Shown one piece after another: positions 1 through 9,267 of a stretch of DNA of 50,922 bases (its first letter is position 1; every line of letters begins with the position of its first letter). The stretch comes from Escherichia phage AV106, in sequence record OR352937.1. One strand, written 5' to 3'. Below the pieces are notes generated by a model. It saw only the letters and a program-made list of their open reading frames with translations. It ran no database searches and had not been told where the DNA came from. Both the position numbers and the translations under genes were made by a program.

Positions 1-10
1 ACAAAAAGTG

Positions 11-427
11 CTATTTCGTTAAATCGTATATTGCCAGCTTGAATTGCTCAAATCCGTATGCGACGGCAGAGAATCCTCCGCGATCCCGAACCTTTTTGAG
101 AAACTCCCTTTGCTTATCGCTGACTGGTGATGCCTTTCCTTTGCCGGACTTATTAACCCGCTTTAGTTCGATAGCTGCAAACGGGTAGCGTGAGTTTATA
201 CCAATCAGAATAACAAAGTCTGACACGCCTTTGAGTAATCCAGCCTGTTCATCCCTTAGCGCCGACGTTATTGTTTTTTCACCTTCATTAACTGTGTGCC
301 AAAATAGAAGCTGAGGAAAATTGTATTTCAACCAGGATACGCAATCTACTTGATGAGCGTCCTCCTTTCTCGTGTCGCTAGGATCTCGCTCGTAAAACTC
401 TAAGTAATCGCCTTTGTCTGTAATCAT
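11..427 (-). CDS. VRR-NUC-type nuclease (PD-(D/E)xK fold)
   Basis: 138 aa; GVSDFVILIG...AAIELKRVN resembles the VRR-NUC D...ExK core; 4-nt overlap with the helicase ORF; stop codon lies inside a dyad motif copy. Confidence 0.55.
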   Translation of the reverse strand: MITDKGDYLEFYERDPSDTRKEDAHQVDCVSWLKYNFPQLLFWHTVNEGEKTITSALRDEQAGLLKGVSDFVILIGINSRYPFAAIELKRVNKSGKGKASPVSDKQREFLKKVRDRGGFSAVAYGFEQFKLAIYDLTK

Positions 428-2442
428 TCCGGGATATCCTCCATACCGAAGTCTTTGCGTGAAATAATATCTTCTTTCTTCTGGTTGCGTCTATGAGTAA
501 CACGTACCGGATGCGCTATATGATGAGAGTATTGCACGATCTTGATAGCGTTCTTCATTCCGATAAAGTAGCGACGCATTTTAGGATCTGACACGTGAGG
601 TAATACTCCTTTCGTTTTCCATAGCGTACCGCAGATCTTAGAGTCTGACTCAGGGAAGAACTTTTCATACGCCTTAAACTCATCACCCTCATCGTTAATA
701 AGCGTGTATTTGTATATCACACCTTTTTGGTTTTTGGTTAACGTAACCTCAAAATTCTTGACCTCGTACCAGTCATTCTTAGTGTACGCCTTACCGGATA
801 ACTTAAGGTTAGGATCGACAAGAGAAACATCGCAACAGCGACAGACTCGGGCCACAACATCATTCTCGGCACCGCACCCTTTAACAAGAATTTTCCCGGT
901 ACGTTCATCAACTTGGTCCTCGCAAATCTGAGAAGTCCAGAAATGATCGCAGCGTTCACCGTCGATAACGTTAACGCAACGGCGAGCATAGAAGCTATTT
1001 ACGCAACCACATTTAGGACACGTTTTCGGGTCTTTTCCGTTCTCGAATCGCTTCTGAAACTGAGCCTGCTCAAGTATAGGGTCAAAATAAAGCTGCCCCA
1101 ACTCGTCCATCGTACCAGCAAAATCCCATACCAGATGATCTTGCTTAACCATTCCTTCAGCAACCTGCCAGGATTTAAGAAGTCGCATACCCCTACCCAA
1201 AAGCTGAATCAGCAAGGTAAGAGATCCTATCTTGCGAAGTATTACACTAAAATCCCAATTTGGAACGTTAACGCCAGTAGTTAGCGCCATGACCTGAAAG
1301 GTATATTTAATTTTCCCAGCCCTCACATCATCAAGAATCTTCTTGCGCGTTTTAGTGTCTGTGTCGCCAGTAATAATTGCATATGTGCTTCCTGGTGGTA
1401 GTGCCGCAGCCGCCTCTTTGCAGTGACGCACCCCGGCGCATGTAATCAGAACTGCGTTACGCTCTTCAGCCTTTTTGGCAACCATTTGCATGATTCGCTG
1501 GGTAAGAGATTTATCATGAAGGATCTCATCTTCCATTGCCTTCATATCTTTCTCTGTGAAGTCCTGCACCCCATCCTCGCTTGATGCCTTAAATTTATCA
1601 AGATCGTAGTGAACTCCGTCCGTCGAGCCGAATATAGTCGGAACGACTGAGCCAAACTCAATAAGGTAGTTGGTGTCTATATCAGTAACGCGCTCACGCC
1701 AGAAGCCTAACGCCTTTGGATTCTCAACAAGAATAGGAACTACACCCCTAAATTCAGATCCAGTCATACCAAATATTCTAAGATCGTGACCGTGAACCTC
1801 TTTACAGCGTCGCATCATTTCCATGATTACGATCGTGTACTGACTGCGCTTAGTTCCAAGAAGAGGCTTTCCATCATTACCAATCAGAGGAGTATCACCG
1901 TCCATGATAATTTTCCCTTTCTCTCCCCGCATCTGTTCCATTGTTTCCTTTCCGTCTATGGCTTGCGCAAGGTCTTCCCAATCCACCTGGTGACATTCAT
2001 CTATCCCGATTACGTGAGGGACAAAATCAGCCAACTCATTATTTAAACCATTTGCAACAGTGCCCTCAGAGCCTACCACGATCGGGAAGTAGCAAGACTT
2101 GATTCCAAGTGACGCTGAGAATATAGAGTTAGTCACTCCGAAATTGTCGATCTCTTCACTATCCTGATCGACAATTTCACCCTGGCGTGCCAGCACAAGC
2201 ATTTTCAAGCCCATTTTTTGACACTGCTTTGCAACCATAGCAAAAATGATGGTCTTACCCGCCGATACTGACGCTTTAACAAAGAATGGATGCTCATAAT
2301 TTGATAGGCGTTTTGCGATCTCAGCATAAGCAACAACCTGGTACGGATACGGAACTACCTCACCAACAGTGAATCGTTCTTGAGTGCGTTTTATATAGTC
2401 CTCGCCAAGTAATGCGATTTGCTTTTTGATGTTAATTGTCAC
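424..2442 (-). CDS. SF2 DNA helicase (DECH box) with C-terminal Cys-rich zinc-ribbon-like region
   Basis: 672 aa; Walker A-like SAGKT, GIDECHQ (DExH box); C-terminal CPKCGC...CxxxxxxxxC cluster; GTG start. Confidence 0.7.
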   Translation of the reverse strand: MTINIKKQIALLGEDYIKRTQERFTVGEVVPYPYQVVAYAEIAKRLSNYEHPFFVKASVSAGKTIIFAMVAKQCQKMGLKMLVLARQGEIVDQDSEEIDNFGVTNSIFSASLGIKSCYFPIVVGSEGTVANGLNNELADFVPHVIGIDECHQVDWEDLAQAIDGKETMEQMRGEKGKIIMDGDTPLIGNDGKPLLGTKRSQYTIVIMEMMRRCKEVHGHDLRIFGMTGSEFRGVVPILVENPKALGFWRERVTDIDTNYLIEFGSVVPTIFGSTDGVHYDLDKFKASSEDGVQDFTEKDMKAMEDEILHDKSLTQRIMQMVAKKAEERNAVLITCAGVRHCKEAAAALPPGSTYAIITGDTDTKTRKKILDDVRAGKIKYTFQVMALTTGVNVPNWDFSVILRKIGSLTLLIQLLGRGMRLLKSWQVAEGMVKQDHLVWDFAGTMDELGQLYFDPILEQAQFQKRFENGKDPKTCPKCGCVNSFYARRCVNVIDGERCDHFWTSQICEDQVDERTGKILVKGCGAENDVVARVCRCCDVSLVDPNLKLSGKAYTKNDWYEVKNFEVTLTKNQKGVIYKYTLINDEGDEFKAYEKFFPESDSKICGTLWKTKGVLPHVSDPKMRRYFIGMKNAIKIVQYSHHIAHPVRVTHRRNQKKEDIISRKDFGMEDIPE

Positions 2443-2480
2443 GGCTATTTAATCCTTTAAATCGTTGTATCGTTTACGAT

Positions 2481-2525
2481 ATAATACACGGCATACAGTA
2501 AACGTTTTTAGCAAAAAGTGCTACA
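2481..2525 (-). promoter_or_regulatory. Dyad-motif promoter upstream of the helicase gene
   Basis: Minus strand: TAGCA-N5-TGCTA, then 22 bp, then TATTAT in the loop of hairpin CGTTTAC...GTAAACG. Confidence 0.5.
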
Positions 2526-2536
2526 GGAGAATTAAT

Positions 2537-2989
2537 ATGAATATGAAACGTATCGCAGAGTCTACTGGTGAAATCGATAAACGTCACATCAATGGTAACA
2601 ACGGAACACGACGCGGTAAAGATAAAAAGCCTCGCCAGCGCTGCGGATTTTATATCCATAAAGAAGAAACGCGCGCAGGACTGAGAGCGCGATTGGATGC
2701 TCTTATTGAATATTATGGTGGTCCGGCGGCTTGCGCAAAGGCTCTGAAAGTTAGCAACCAGACGGTTCAAGGGTGGAAGGATCGAAATATGATTTCCTGG
2801 CAAGGCGCTGAAGCGGCGCATCGCGCTTATCGCCGACAGGGTTGCAAAGGATTTCGGGCCGCATGGCTGCGATTCGATCTGAAGTTTGATGGGAACGGCA
2901 AGTGCCTTGAGAAGCGCTGCAAAAACAAGAAGTTTATGCGGGTCGTGAAGAAGGAAGATATTGGAACGACAAATAGCATTTTTAGTTAA
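2537..2989 (+). CDS. HTH DNA-binding protein (Cro/YdaS-like), candidate regulator
   Basis: Start moved to ATG after RBS AGGAGA; GGPAACAKALKVSNQTVQGWKDRNMIS looks like a helix-turn-helix; basic C-terminus; followed by a strong terminator. Confidence 0.4.
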   Translation: MNMKRIAESTGEIDKRHINGNNGTRRGKDKKPRQRCGFYIHKEETRAGLRARLDALIEYYGGPAACAKALKVSNQTVQGWKDRNMISWQGAEAAHRAYRRQGCKGFRAAWLRFDLKFDGNGKCLEKRCKNKKFMRVVKKEDIGTTNSIFS

Positions 2990-3016
2990 AACAAACGACG
3001 CGTAGCGGGTTAACAT
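2971..3016 (+). promoter_or_regulatory. Dyad-motif promoter for the primase gene, embedded in a terminator hairpin
   Basis: AATAGCATTTTTAGTTAAAAC, then 22 bp, then TAACAT in the loop of the 2997..3040 hairpin. Confidence 0.45.
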
Positions 3017-3040
3017 CCTTCTACGCGTTTTTTATTTTGG
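2997..3040 (+). terminator. Intrinsic terminator after the HTH gene
   Basis: Stem ACGCGTAG...CTACGCGT followed by TTTTTTATTTT. Confidence 0.6.
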
Positions 3041-3050
3041 AGATCTGGAA

Positions 3051-3986
3051 GTGAACGAAGAATTTATGATGTTTCAGAAAGAGGACGTTTTACCGTACAT
3101 GAAGGGGTTATGGCGCGAGGCTTTCCAATCAATCTGCGGATTGCCGAATGATGTTTTTAATAAGAAGCACCAACCCTGCCCAAACTGCGGCGGTAAAGAC
3201 CGCTTTCGCTGGACTGATAACCTGAACACCCCGGGCGACGGCGGCGCGATCTGCAACTCATGCGGTAACGACTCTGGTATTGGCTGGCTGATGAAATTAA
3301 CTGGCATGCCGTACAGCGAATGTATAAACATCCTGGGGAGATTTCTCGGCAAGGTTCCGCAGGAATACATTGTCAAGGCAAACAAGAAAGCGCGCCGAAC
3401 TCCGGTATCAGGTGTCAATGTCATGATGGCAGATCATAAGGCGGTAATGAAAGTTATGGAGCGTACAGAGAAGCGAGTAAACACACCTCTAAGTATTTTT
3501 GAGTCACTACCCACTGAATCATTCGACGTTGGCGTAAAGCGTCGAGAAGATGGCGGGGAGAGCGTATTTCACACTATCCCGTGTCAACTTGTGCATGAGG
3601 ATGGGCTTGATGGCGAGTTTTGCAATATTTTGATTATTGACGAGGAAGGAAGGGAGTCATTTTACGCTAAGAAATACACAAGTTGCTCGGTTGCCGTGAC
3701 TGGTAAAACTGAAAAGGCGATCTACTTATGCCTGAACTGGATTGATGCTCAGCATATTGCATTTCACACAAAGCAAGAGGTATGGGCCTGCTTCACTCCT
3801 GAAAACCTAGAAATGGTTGCGTACAGGTATAAAGGTGATCGAGAAGTAAGGGTGGCATGCGAACCTTCGGACAAGGAGACTTTATACATGGCAGACGACC
3901 GACAATTAAAAATAATCATCCCAAATCCGGGAGGATACCGCTCAGGAATGCAATCCAAATTATTCTCAGCAAGCGATCTACTCTAA
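3051..3986 (+). CDS. DNA primase-like protein (zinc-binding N-terminus)
   Basis: 311 aa; CPNCGGKDRFRW...CNSCG zinc-finger-like motif typical of phage/plasmid primases; GTG at 3051 or ATG at 3066. Confidence 0.55.
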   Translation: MNEEFMMFQKEDVLPYMKGLWREAFQSICGLPNDVFNKKHQPCPNCGGKDRFRWTDNLNTPGDGGAICNSCGNDSGIGWLMKLTGMPYSECINILGRFLGKVPQEYIVKANKKARRTPVSGVNVMMADHKAVMKVMERTEKRVNTPLSIFESLPTESFDVGVKRREDGGESVFHTIPCQLVHEDGLDGEFCNILIIDEEGRESFYAKKYTSCSVAVTGKTEKAIYLCLNWIDAQHIAFHTKQEVWACFTPENLEMVAYRYKGDREVRVACEPSDKETLYMADDRQLKIIIPNPGGYRSGMQSKLFSASDLL

Positions 3987-4008
3987 CCGCCTTCGGGCGG
4001 TTTTTTGT
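3984..4008 (+). terminator. Intrinsic terminator after the primase gene
   Basis: CCGCC-ttcg-GGCGG followed by TTTTTT. Confidence 0.65.
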
Positions 4009-4014
4009 TGCCAG

Positions 4015-4043
4015 TTGCAAGACTCATAACACAATGATAAAAT
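4015..4043 (+). promoter_or_regulatory. Sigma70-like promoter for the tail fibre gene
   Basis: TTGCAA, 17-bp spacer, TAAAAT; a dyad-motif copy (4051..4065) lies in the 5' UTR. Confidence 0.5.
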
Positions 4044-4086
4044 CATTGCTTAGCAATTTATGCTATTTACTTAAGGAGTTTATACT

Positions 4087-6189
4087 ATGGCTTTATATAG
4101 ACGCGGTACAGCATCAATGGATGCAGACGGCACGGTTCGCGGAACCGATACGAAATGGAAAGATCAGCTTGCTTTGATTCGAGTCGGTGCAACTATCGTA
4201 TTCCTAGAGCAACCAATTAAGCTGGCGGTAATCAGCGATATTGTGAGCGACACAGAGTTAAAGGCTATCTCTACGGATGGTCAGACTGCCGCTGACGGTA
4301 AGTATGTAATCTTGCTTAACGATTCATTGACCGTTAACGGGCTTGCTCAAAACGTTGCTGAGACTCTTAGATACTATCAAAGCAAAGAGACTGAGATCGC
4401 TGGGGCAATGGATATCATTGCGAGCCTGGATATGGATAACCTTAACCGTATCGTTGAGGAAATTAAGGCGAACAAATCAGCCGCAGAAGCTGCGCAGAAT
4501 CAAGCGGAGCTTGCTCGCGACGCATCTGCTGCAAACCGTGATGCCGCAAGCCAATTTGCAACATCGGCAGAGCAAAGCAAGGATGCAGCAAAGACCAGTG
4601 AAACGAACGCCAACAGCGCTAAGACCGCCGCCGAAACAGCTAAATCTCAGGCCGTAACCGCTAAAGACCAGGCCAAAGGCTTTCGGGACGAGGCTGAAGG
4701 CTTTGCGAACAGCGCGGACGCCTCGAAAAAAGTGCCGTATGCGGGCGTCACTGTCAGCGCGCCGACTGGCATGGCGGATATGCTTAAGCGGTTACGCGAT
4801 TCTGTTAAAGGCGGTTTTTGGCGCGTTGAGGATATTTCGCAGTTCCCATCTGGCGAAACGACCCCCTTCAAATACGGCTCGGGAGTGTGTGGGGGCGCTG
4901 GGGATACATTCTTTGCCGTCAACGTTGATTGGCGGACTTCTCGCGTTAAAGTTTTCTCAGGAAACAATAACGCGATTAACGGCACGTCAGGCAACGTGAG
5001 CGCTATTGAACTGGCGAAGCTGGGTGCTAACGGTGATGTCGCGATCGGAGACGGCGGGACAGGTGCATCGACAGACTATGGAGCGCGCGCAAACCTTCAG
5101 GTCATGCTAGAAAAACAAGCATCATTGACTACGGAAGATCTTAACAGCCTGAAAGGTGATAAGTCTGGATTTTATTATACTGCCGCGAGCGTCAACGCAA
5201 CGCCGGAGCGTAATTATCCCGTTCAGGACGCAGGTTGTCTACTTGTTCAGCGCACTGGCACTAACGATCCTAGAAGCTGCATACAAACGTACACCTCACA
5301 CAGTACCGGTCGAAAATGGATTCGCTGGCTTAGCAATGGAGCAACCGAAGCATGGTCCAAATGGTACGAGATTTATAACTCGGGGTCGTCGCCGACTTTT
5401 TCCGGAGTGGTCACTGGCTCTGCGGTAACAGCTAAGGGCGACAATGCCGAAGCTAGTGTCCGTGTTATTGCCGATACAGGCGGTAAATATAGTGCTCGTA
5501 TTTCTGTAACGAATAACGCTACAAAGAGAAGTGCTAATTTAGACCTCTCTGATGACGGTACGCTAAGCACCCCCCATATAAATTCCGTCGGGGGTATAGA
5601 CAGCCAGGGCGGGATGCTTTTGCACAAAGTGCCGTACCCGGCAATAGGCTTTCGCCCAAACCGGTATACCTCACCAGACACACAACTTGGTGCATTTACT
5701 AAGTTTGAGGTTTCGGGGCAAGATGGGGAGGTGGCGTATGTATCTCTGTCGCGGCATTACGGTACAGGTGCGGCAGAAGGGGCAATGTATGTTATGTTCC
5801 CCAACACAGGCGGCACGTTGGCTTTGCAGGGGACTTCAGGTATTAATTACAAGAAAAACATTGTTGACGCCAAAGTCAACGAGGCTCTCGATAGAATAAC
5901 GGGACAGCGATTGGTAAACTTTGTATATAAAGACGATGAACAGGAGCGCGTTCGCTTCGGTATTATCGCCGAAGAAGCGGAATTAATAGCGCCGCAGTAC
6001 ATCAAGCACCATCAGACACCTTACGAGGATATTATTGACGAAGATGGAAACAAAATCGGAGAGAAAACACGGGATAGACCATCCGTCGATGTAAACCCAA
6101 TCGTCATGGATTTGATGGGGTGCGTTCAATATCTAAATAAGCAGGTGGAGGAATTGAAAGCTGCCTTAGCGGCACTGAATAAAGCATAA
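4087..6189 (+). CDS. Tail fibre protein with C-terminal intramolecular chaperone (peptidase S74-like) domain
   Basis: 700 aa; RBS AAGGAG; Ala/Gln-rich coiled-coil shaft; C-terminal RVRFGIIAEEAELIAPQYI...LNKQVEELKAALAALNKA resembles the self-cleaving chaperone domain of tail spikes; strong terminator follows. Confidence 0.65.
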   Translation: MALYRRGTASMDADGTVRGTDTKWKDQLALIRVGATIVFLEQPIKLAVISDIVSDTELKAISTDGQTAADGKYVILLNDSLTVNGLAQNVAETLRYYQSKETEIAGAMDIIASLDMDNLNRIVEEIKANKSAAEAAQNQAELARDASAANRDAASQFATSAEQSKDAAKTSETNANSAKTAAETAKSQAVTAKDQAKGFRDEAEGFANSADASKKVPYAGVTVSAPTGMADMLKRLRDSVKGGFWRVEDISQFPSGETTPFKYGSGVCGGAGDTFFAVNVDWRTSRVKVFSGNNNAINGTSGNVSAIELAKLGANGDVAIGDGGTGASTDYGARANLQVMLEKQASLTTEDLNSLKGDKSGFYYTAASVNATPERNYPVQDAGCLLVQRTGTNDPRSCIQTYTSHSTGRKWIRWLSNGATEAWSKWYEIYNSGSSPTFSGVVTGSAVTAKGDNAEASVRVIADTGGKYSARISVTNNATKRSANLDLSDDGTLSTPHINSVGGIDSQGGMLLHKVPYPAIGFRPNRYTSPDTQLGAFTKFEVSGQDGEVAYVSLSRHYGTGAAEGAMYVMFPNTGGTLALQGTSGINYKKNIVDAKVNEALDRITGQRLVNFVYKDDEQERVRFGIIAEEAELIAPQYIKHHQTPYEDIIDEDGNKIGEKTRDRPSVDVNPIVMDLMGCVQYLNKQVEELKAALAALNKA

Positions 6190-6193
6190 CGAG

Positions 6194-6222
6194 AAGGGGC
6201 CGTGCGGCCCCCTTTTTTTTAG
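6194..6222 (+). terminator. Intrinsic terminator after the tail fibre gene
   Basis: GGGGCCG-tgc-GGCCCC followed by TTTTTTTT. Confidence 0.7.
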
Positions 6223-6494
6223 TTTGAGTTTTCCCAGTCCATTTTGCGCCGCGCTAGCGGGCTTTCGTATGACAACAAGCTGTTATCTCATATGAGGATT
6301 ACGCTGAGCTTCAAGGTCCGACACCTGACGGTAAGGAACTTATTGGTAAGCAACGATTCTTCCAGGTTGACTACGCGGCTGTGGCAGCTTACGCAGTGCA
6401 GGTGTGTAAAGAGCAGGAGGAAGAGATTATTTCCTCAAGGAATGACGTTGATGAATTGAAATTGATTGTAAAATCGTTGCTTGATAGCAAGTAA

Positions 6495-6526
6495 AATAAA
6501 TCCCCGCAATGCGGGGATTTTTGTTA
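6495..6526. terminator. Bidirectional terminator (SSB end and convergent fibre unit)
   Basis: AAATCCCCGC-aat-GCGGGGATTT with T-runs on both strands. Confidence 0.6.
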
Positions 6527-6937
6527 GAACGGGATATCATCATCAAAAGTTGATTGAGGATTTGGATGTGGCTGTGATTGCGTTCGTTGTTGTTGCTGAG
6601 GTGTTCGTTGTTGATTGCTTTGTCCTCGTTGGCTGAACACCAATTTCGGGAAATCAGCTGGCTGCAATGAGTTGTAAACCGTTCCGTTGTGCTCACGGGA
6701 TGAGATCTTCAACGTTTCGCAAGATACTGAAATTACTCGACCAACCTGAAACGCCTCACGATACCAGTCATCAAGACCAGGCTTTCCACCATCGCTAAAA
6801 AAGAATGTGTAGTTAGTGTATTCACGATCGCCATCACGCGGTTTGTAGCTTTCTGCCAGCTCAATGATGTAAGTATTGCCTCCGTTACGCTCAAGAATCT
6901 TCGGTTCTTTACGGATCTCGCCAGTGATAATATGCAT
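6524..6937 (-). CDS. ssb: Single-stranded DNA-binding protein
   Basis: 137 aa; C-terminus ends in the acidic tip DDDIPF preceded by a Gln/Pro-rich linker, as in bacterial SSB tails; RBS AGGAGAGAAA. Confidence 0.7.
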   Translation of the reverse strand: MHIITGEIRKEPKILERNGGNTYIIELAESYKPRDGDREYTNYTFFFSDGGKPGLDDWYREAFQVGRVISVSCETLKISSREHNGTVYNSLQPADFPKLVFSQRGQSNQQRTPQQQQRTQSQPHPNPQSTFDDDIPF

Positions 6938-6983
6938 AATTTTCTCTCCTAAAATTTATGGGCGACCTAAGCCGCCCTGATGA

Positions 6984-7631
6984 TTATTCGAAGTTTGTGA
7001 TTGATTGAGATTGTACAGGCTTCGCGCTTGTTGCTTCAACCTGTTTTTTCTGTTCTGGTTGTGCAGGTCGAATGCCGCGAGCTTTACCGATCTCAAACTT
7101 AGCCTTTAATGCGTTGTAGTGATCCTGAATGATTGACTTGCTCGCCGTGTCCGTCTGGCGGTAAGCGTTAGCCCATACCTCTTTCAGTGATTCGATATCT
7201 TCACACGCATCAAGTTCTTTTTTCCAGTCCTTGACAGATTTCACTGCAAGCTGAGCATCGTCATCACTCTGGCTAATCCCCAGCGCTGCGGCTAATGAGT
7301 AACGTCGAGCATACGTCATTGCGGAACCTACGCCTTGCGGATCGCGTTTTGCAATCGGCATCATCATGAAGAATTTGGCCCACTGCCCAGATTTATGAAT
7401 CAACATCGTCTCAAGATGGAAGGTCGTTTCCGTGCTTGTATCAAGCATTGATTGCAGGATCATAATATCGTTGTCGGTTAGCGCCGGACTAACTGCTGCC
7501 ATCATCGCATCAAGAGTTGCGTATGAATTCTTCAGGTGATTGTTTTTTGCGTCCTTCTTTGCTTTAGCAAATTTGTTGCGAGCATTGAACAGTGCGGGAA
7601 GGATTTCGTTTGTTTCTGGTGATAATTGCAT
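6984..7631 (-). CDS. erf: ERF-family single-strand annealing protein
   Basis: Start moved to the ATG behind CCAATCAGGAGA; MTYARRYSLAAALGISQSDDDAQ matches the conserved ERF core (P22 Erf SSYARKYCLNGLFGIDDAKD). Confidence 0.75.
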   Translation of the reverse strand: MQLSPETNEILPALFNARNKFAKAKKDAKNNHLKNSYATLDAMMAAVSPALTDNDIMILQSMLDTSTETTFHLETMLIHKSGQWAKFFMMMPIAKRDPQGVGSAMTYARRYSLAAALGISQSDDDAQLAVKSVKDWKKELDACEDIESLKEVWANAYRQTDTASKSIIQDHYNALKAKFEIGKARGIRPAQPEQKKQVEATSAKPVQSQSITNFE

Positions 7632-7705
7632 CTTAACTTCTCCTGATTGGTGTATGAGGTGCATTATAACACCTCATTAATTATTTGTTTAGCTATTTGT
7701 GCCGT

Positions 7706-8770
7706 TTACTTATTTTGATAGCGCACCCATGACGGAGTTTCAAGTTCAATCTCGCTTGCGTCGCCAGCGTATCCAGGCCAAACATCCATTTCAGAGCAAG
7801 CCTTGTAAGTGTGGACTACGCTAATGTACTGGTTACGACCGATCCTGATTTGCTCCATTGTCATACGGTAAGCCAGTGCGATATAAGGCTCTTTTTTCTC
7901 CTGCGCAAGCAATCGAACTACGATCGGAATATCTTCCGGGAAGTTTCCTTCAAAAGCGCCAGCCTGGATTGCGCGACGTAGCAGGTCATGCTGCAATGCC
8001 ATCTTCAGGTAATAGCCGTGATTGTATGCCAGTCTCGGGAACTCTAACGGGTTGGCGCTCATCGTAGTTTTGAAGTCTGTGATAATTAGTGCTTCCGGTA
8101 AAATTACGTCTTCGAATACCGGATCACCATTTTCATCATAACCAGTCAGCACACGACCTGGCACGTTCTCTTTGTAGTCAAGGTGATCGAGTCGAACCTT
8201 AACCTTGACTCCGGATATTTCACCGAAGATTGAGATTTCACGCTGAGCTGTTTCGCTGTTAATGCACGCTTCATGATCGGGATTCTGCTCAAGGATGGCT
8301 CTCATCTTCATGCAAGCATCGTATTTGTCAGCGTCAACCAATTTCTTTCCTTCAGCGCGCGCCTCTGCTTCTGCGATCAGTTCGATCAGATACTGAACGT
8401 TGAGTTCTTCACCGCAATCAATCATCATTTTGATGAGGTCCGGGTATTGCTTTCCGGATGTACCTTTCAGACCAAACGATTTTAATTTTGCAGCCAGTGC
8501 AGTTTGTGACGTAATCAGATCCTTGAACTCTTCCGGAGCCGGACAACGAGCATACGTTGCAGTAAACAGATCACGACTCTCAAAGTTAGTATGCGACTGA
8601 GTGCCAAACTCAAGCGCTTTCGTTGTCTCGTTCTTCTTGAATCGCCAGTTAGCCGGACAAGTCTGATAGATTTCTGCAAGACTCGATCCGCTTACATACT
8701 CTGCCGCCCAACCTTCGTTGCTGTGATACTCGTCATTGGAAAGCTGGCTTGACGTGAATACTTGGAACAT
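7706..8770 (-). CDS. Recombination-associated exonuclease (PD-(D/E)xK family candidate)
   Basis: 354 aa; first gene of the exo-erf-ssb operon; RLDHLDYKEN...ITDFKTT looks like a D...D/ExK motif; RBS AAGGAGA; driven by a sigma70-like promoter. Confidence 0.5.
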   Translation of the reverse strand: MFQVFTSSQLSNDEYHSNEGWAAEYVSGSSLAEIYQTCPANWRFKKNETTKALEFGTQSHTNFESRDLFTATYARCPAPEEFKDLITSQTALAAKLKSFGLKGTSGKQYPDLIKMMIDCGEELNVQYLIELIAEAEARAEGKKLVDADKYDACMKMRAILEQNPDHEACINSETAQREISIFGEISGVKVKVRLDHLDYKENVPGRVLTGYDENGDPVFEDVILPEALIITDFKTTMSANPLEFPRLAYNHGYYLKMALQHDLLRRAIQAGAFEGNFPEDIPIVVRLLAQEKKEPYIALAYRMTMEQIRIGRNQYISVVHTYKACSEMDVWPGYAGDASEIELETPSWVRYQNK

Positions 8771-8801
8771 TGCGTTTATCTCCTTCGTTTACGATGAATC
8801 C

Positions 8802-8829
8802 ATTATAGCCATTAACAGCGTTTAGTCAA
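8802..8829 (-). promoter_or_regulatory. Sigma70-like promoter for the exo-erf-ssb operon
   Basis: Minus strand TTGACT, 16-bp spacer, TATAAT, about 25 nt upstream of the RBS AAGGAGA. Confidence 0.55.
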
Positions 8830-9106
8830 TCGGATACATGTAATTTGTGTGTAATTGCGTGTCTATATCGCTCAAGTTACAACCAGCATTAATAGAATCA
8901 ATTGCTTAAGTCTATTTTTATGCGCTGTCTATCGCGTAACACTTGTAACAGCTTTTTCTTAGAAATACAGAGATACCTACAAATAGAATCAAGATTGATT
9001 AAATTTTGAACATATGTGATAGAAATTTGACGAATCAATCAAATCACCTGTTACACGGTAGACAACTGTTACACAACAATAATTATATATATAAAGCTAA
9101 AATTAA

Positions 9107-9185
9107 ATATTATCTATCTATATATATTATATAGAGTTTTTATCATATCTCTCTGCGGTCGGATGGGGTGGATTTTGTAACACCC
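9107..9185. repeat. AT-rich control module, copy A
   Basis: ATATTATCTATCT, then 52 bp of TA-rich sequence, then ATTTTGTAACACCC; a second copy with identical spacing lies at 40349..40427. Confidence 0.6.
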
Positions 9186-9238
9186 GTTCCGGTTACAAAA
9201 ATAGACACCTGTTACACGAAAAAATTGTAATCGTGCTA

Positions 9239-9267
9239 TTGCAATAAAAGTAAATGCGACATACAAT
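9239..9267 (+). promoter_or_regulatory. Sigma70-like promoter for the Cor-like lipoprotein gene
   Basis: TTGCAA, 17-bp spacer, TACAAT, then RBS GAGGA and ATG at 9297. Confidence 0.55.

Noticed and set aside
2474-3016. 180-aa minus-strand ORF across the helicase-primase intergenic region
   Set aside because: Overlaps the plus-strand HTH gene, which has an RBS and a terminator, and would read through the dyad promoter and terminator; treated as an antisense shadow ORF.
3857-4177. 106-aa plus-strand ORF spanning the primase 3' end, terminator and fibre promoter
   Set aside because: Crosses a strong terminator hairpin and the promoter/RBS of the tail fibre gene; no RBS of its own.
6244-6459. 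71-aa basic plus-strand ORF between the fibre and SSB genes
   Set aside because: Lies after an intrinsic terminator with no RBS and has a low-complexity basic composition; the alternative frame is flagged separately as a possible remnant.
9050-9210. Possible CRISPR-like array suggested by repeated GTTACAC units and TA-rich repeats
   Set aside because: Repeats are only 7 bp, irregularly spaced and partly inverted, and no cas genes are present; better explained as protein-binding sites or an AT-rich unwinding element.
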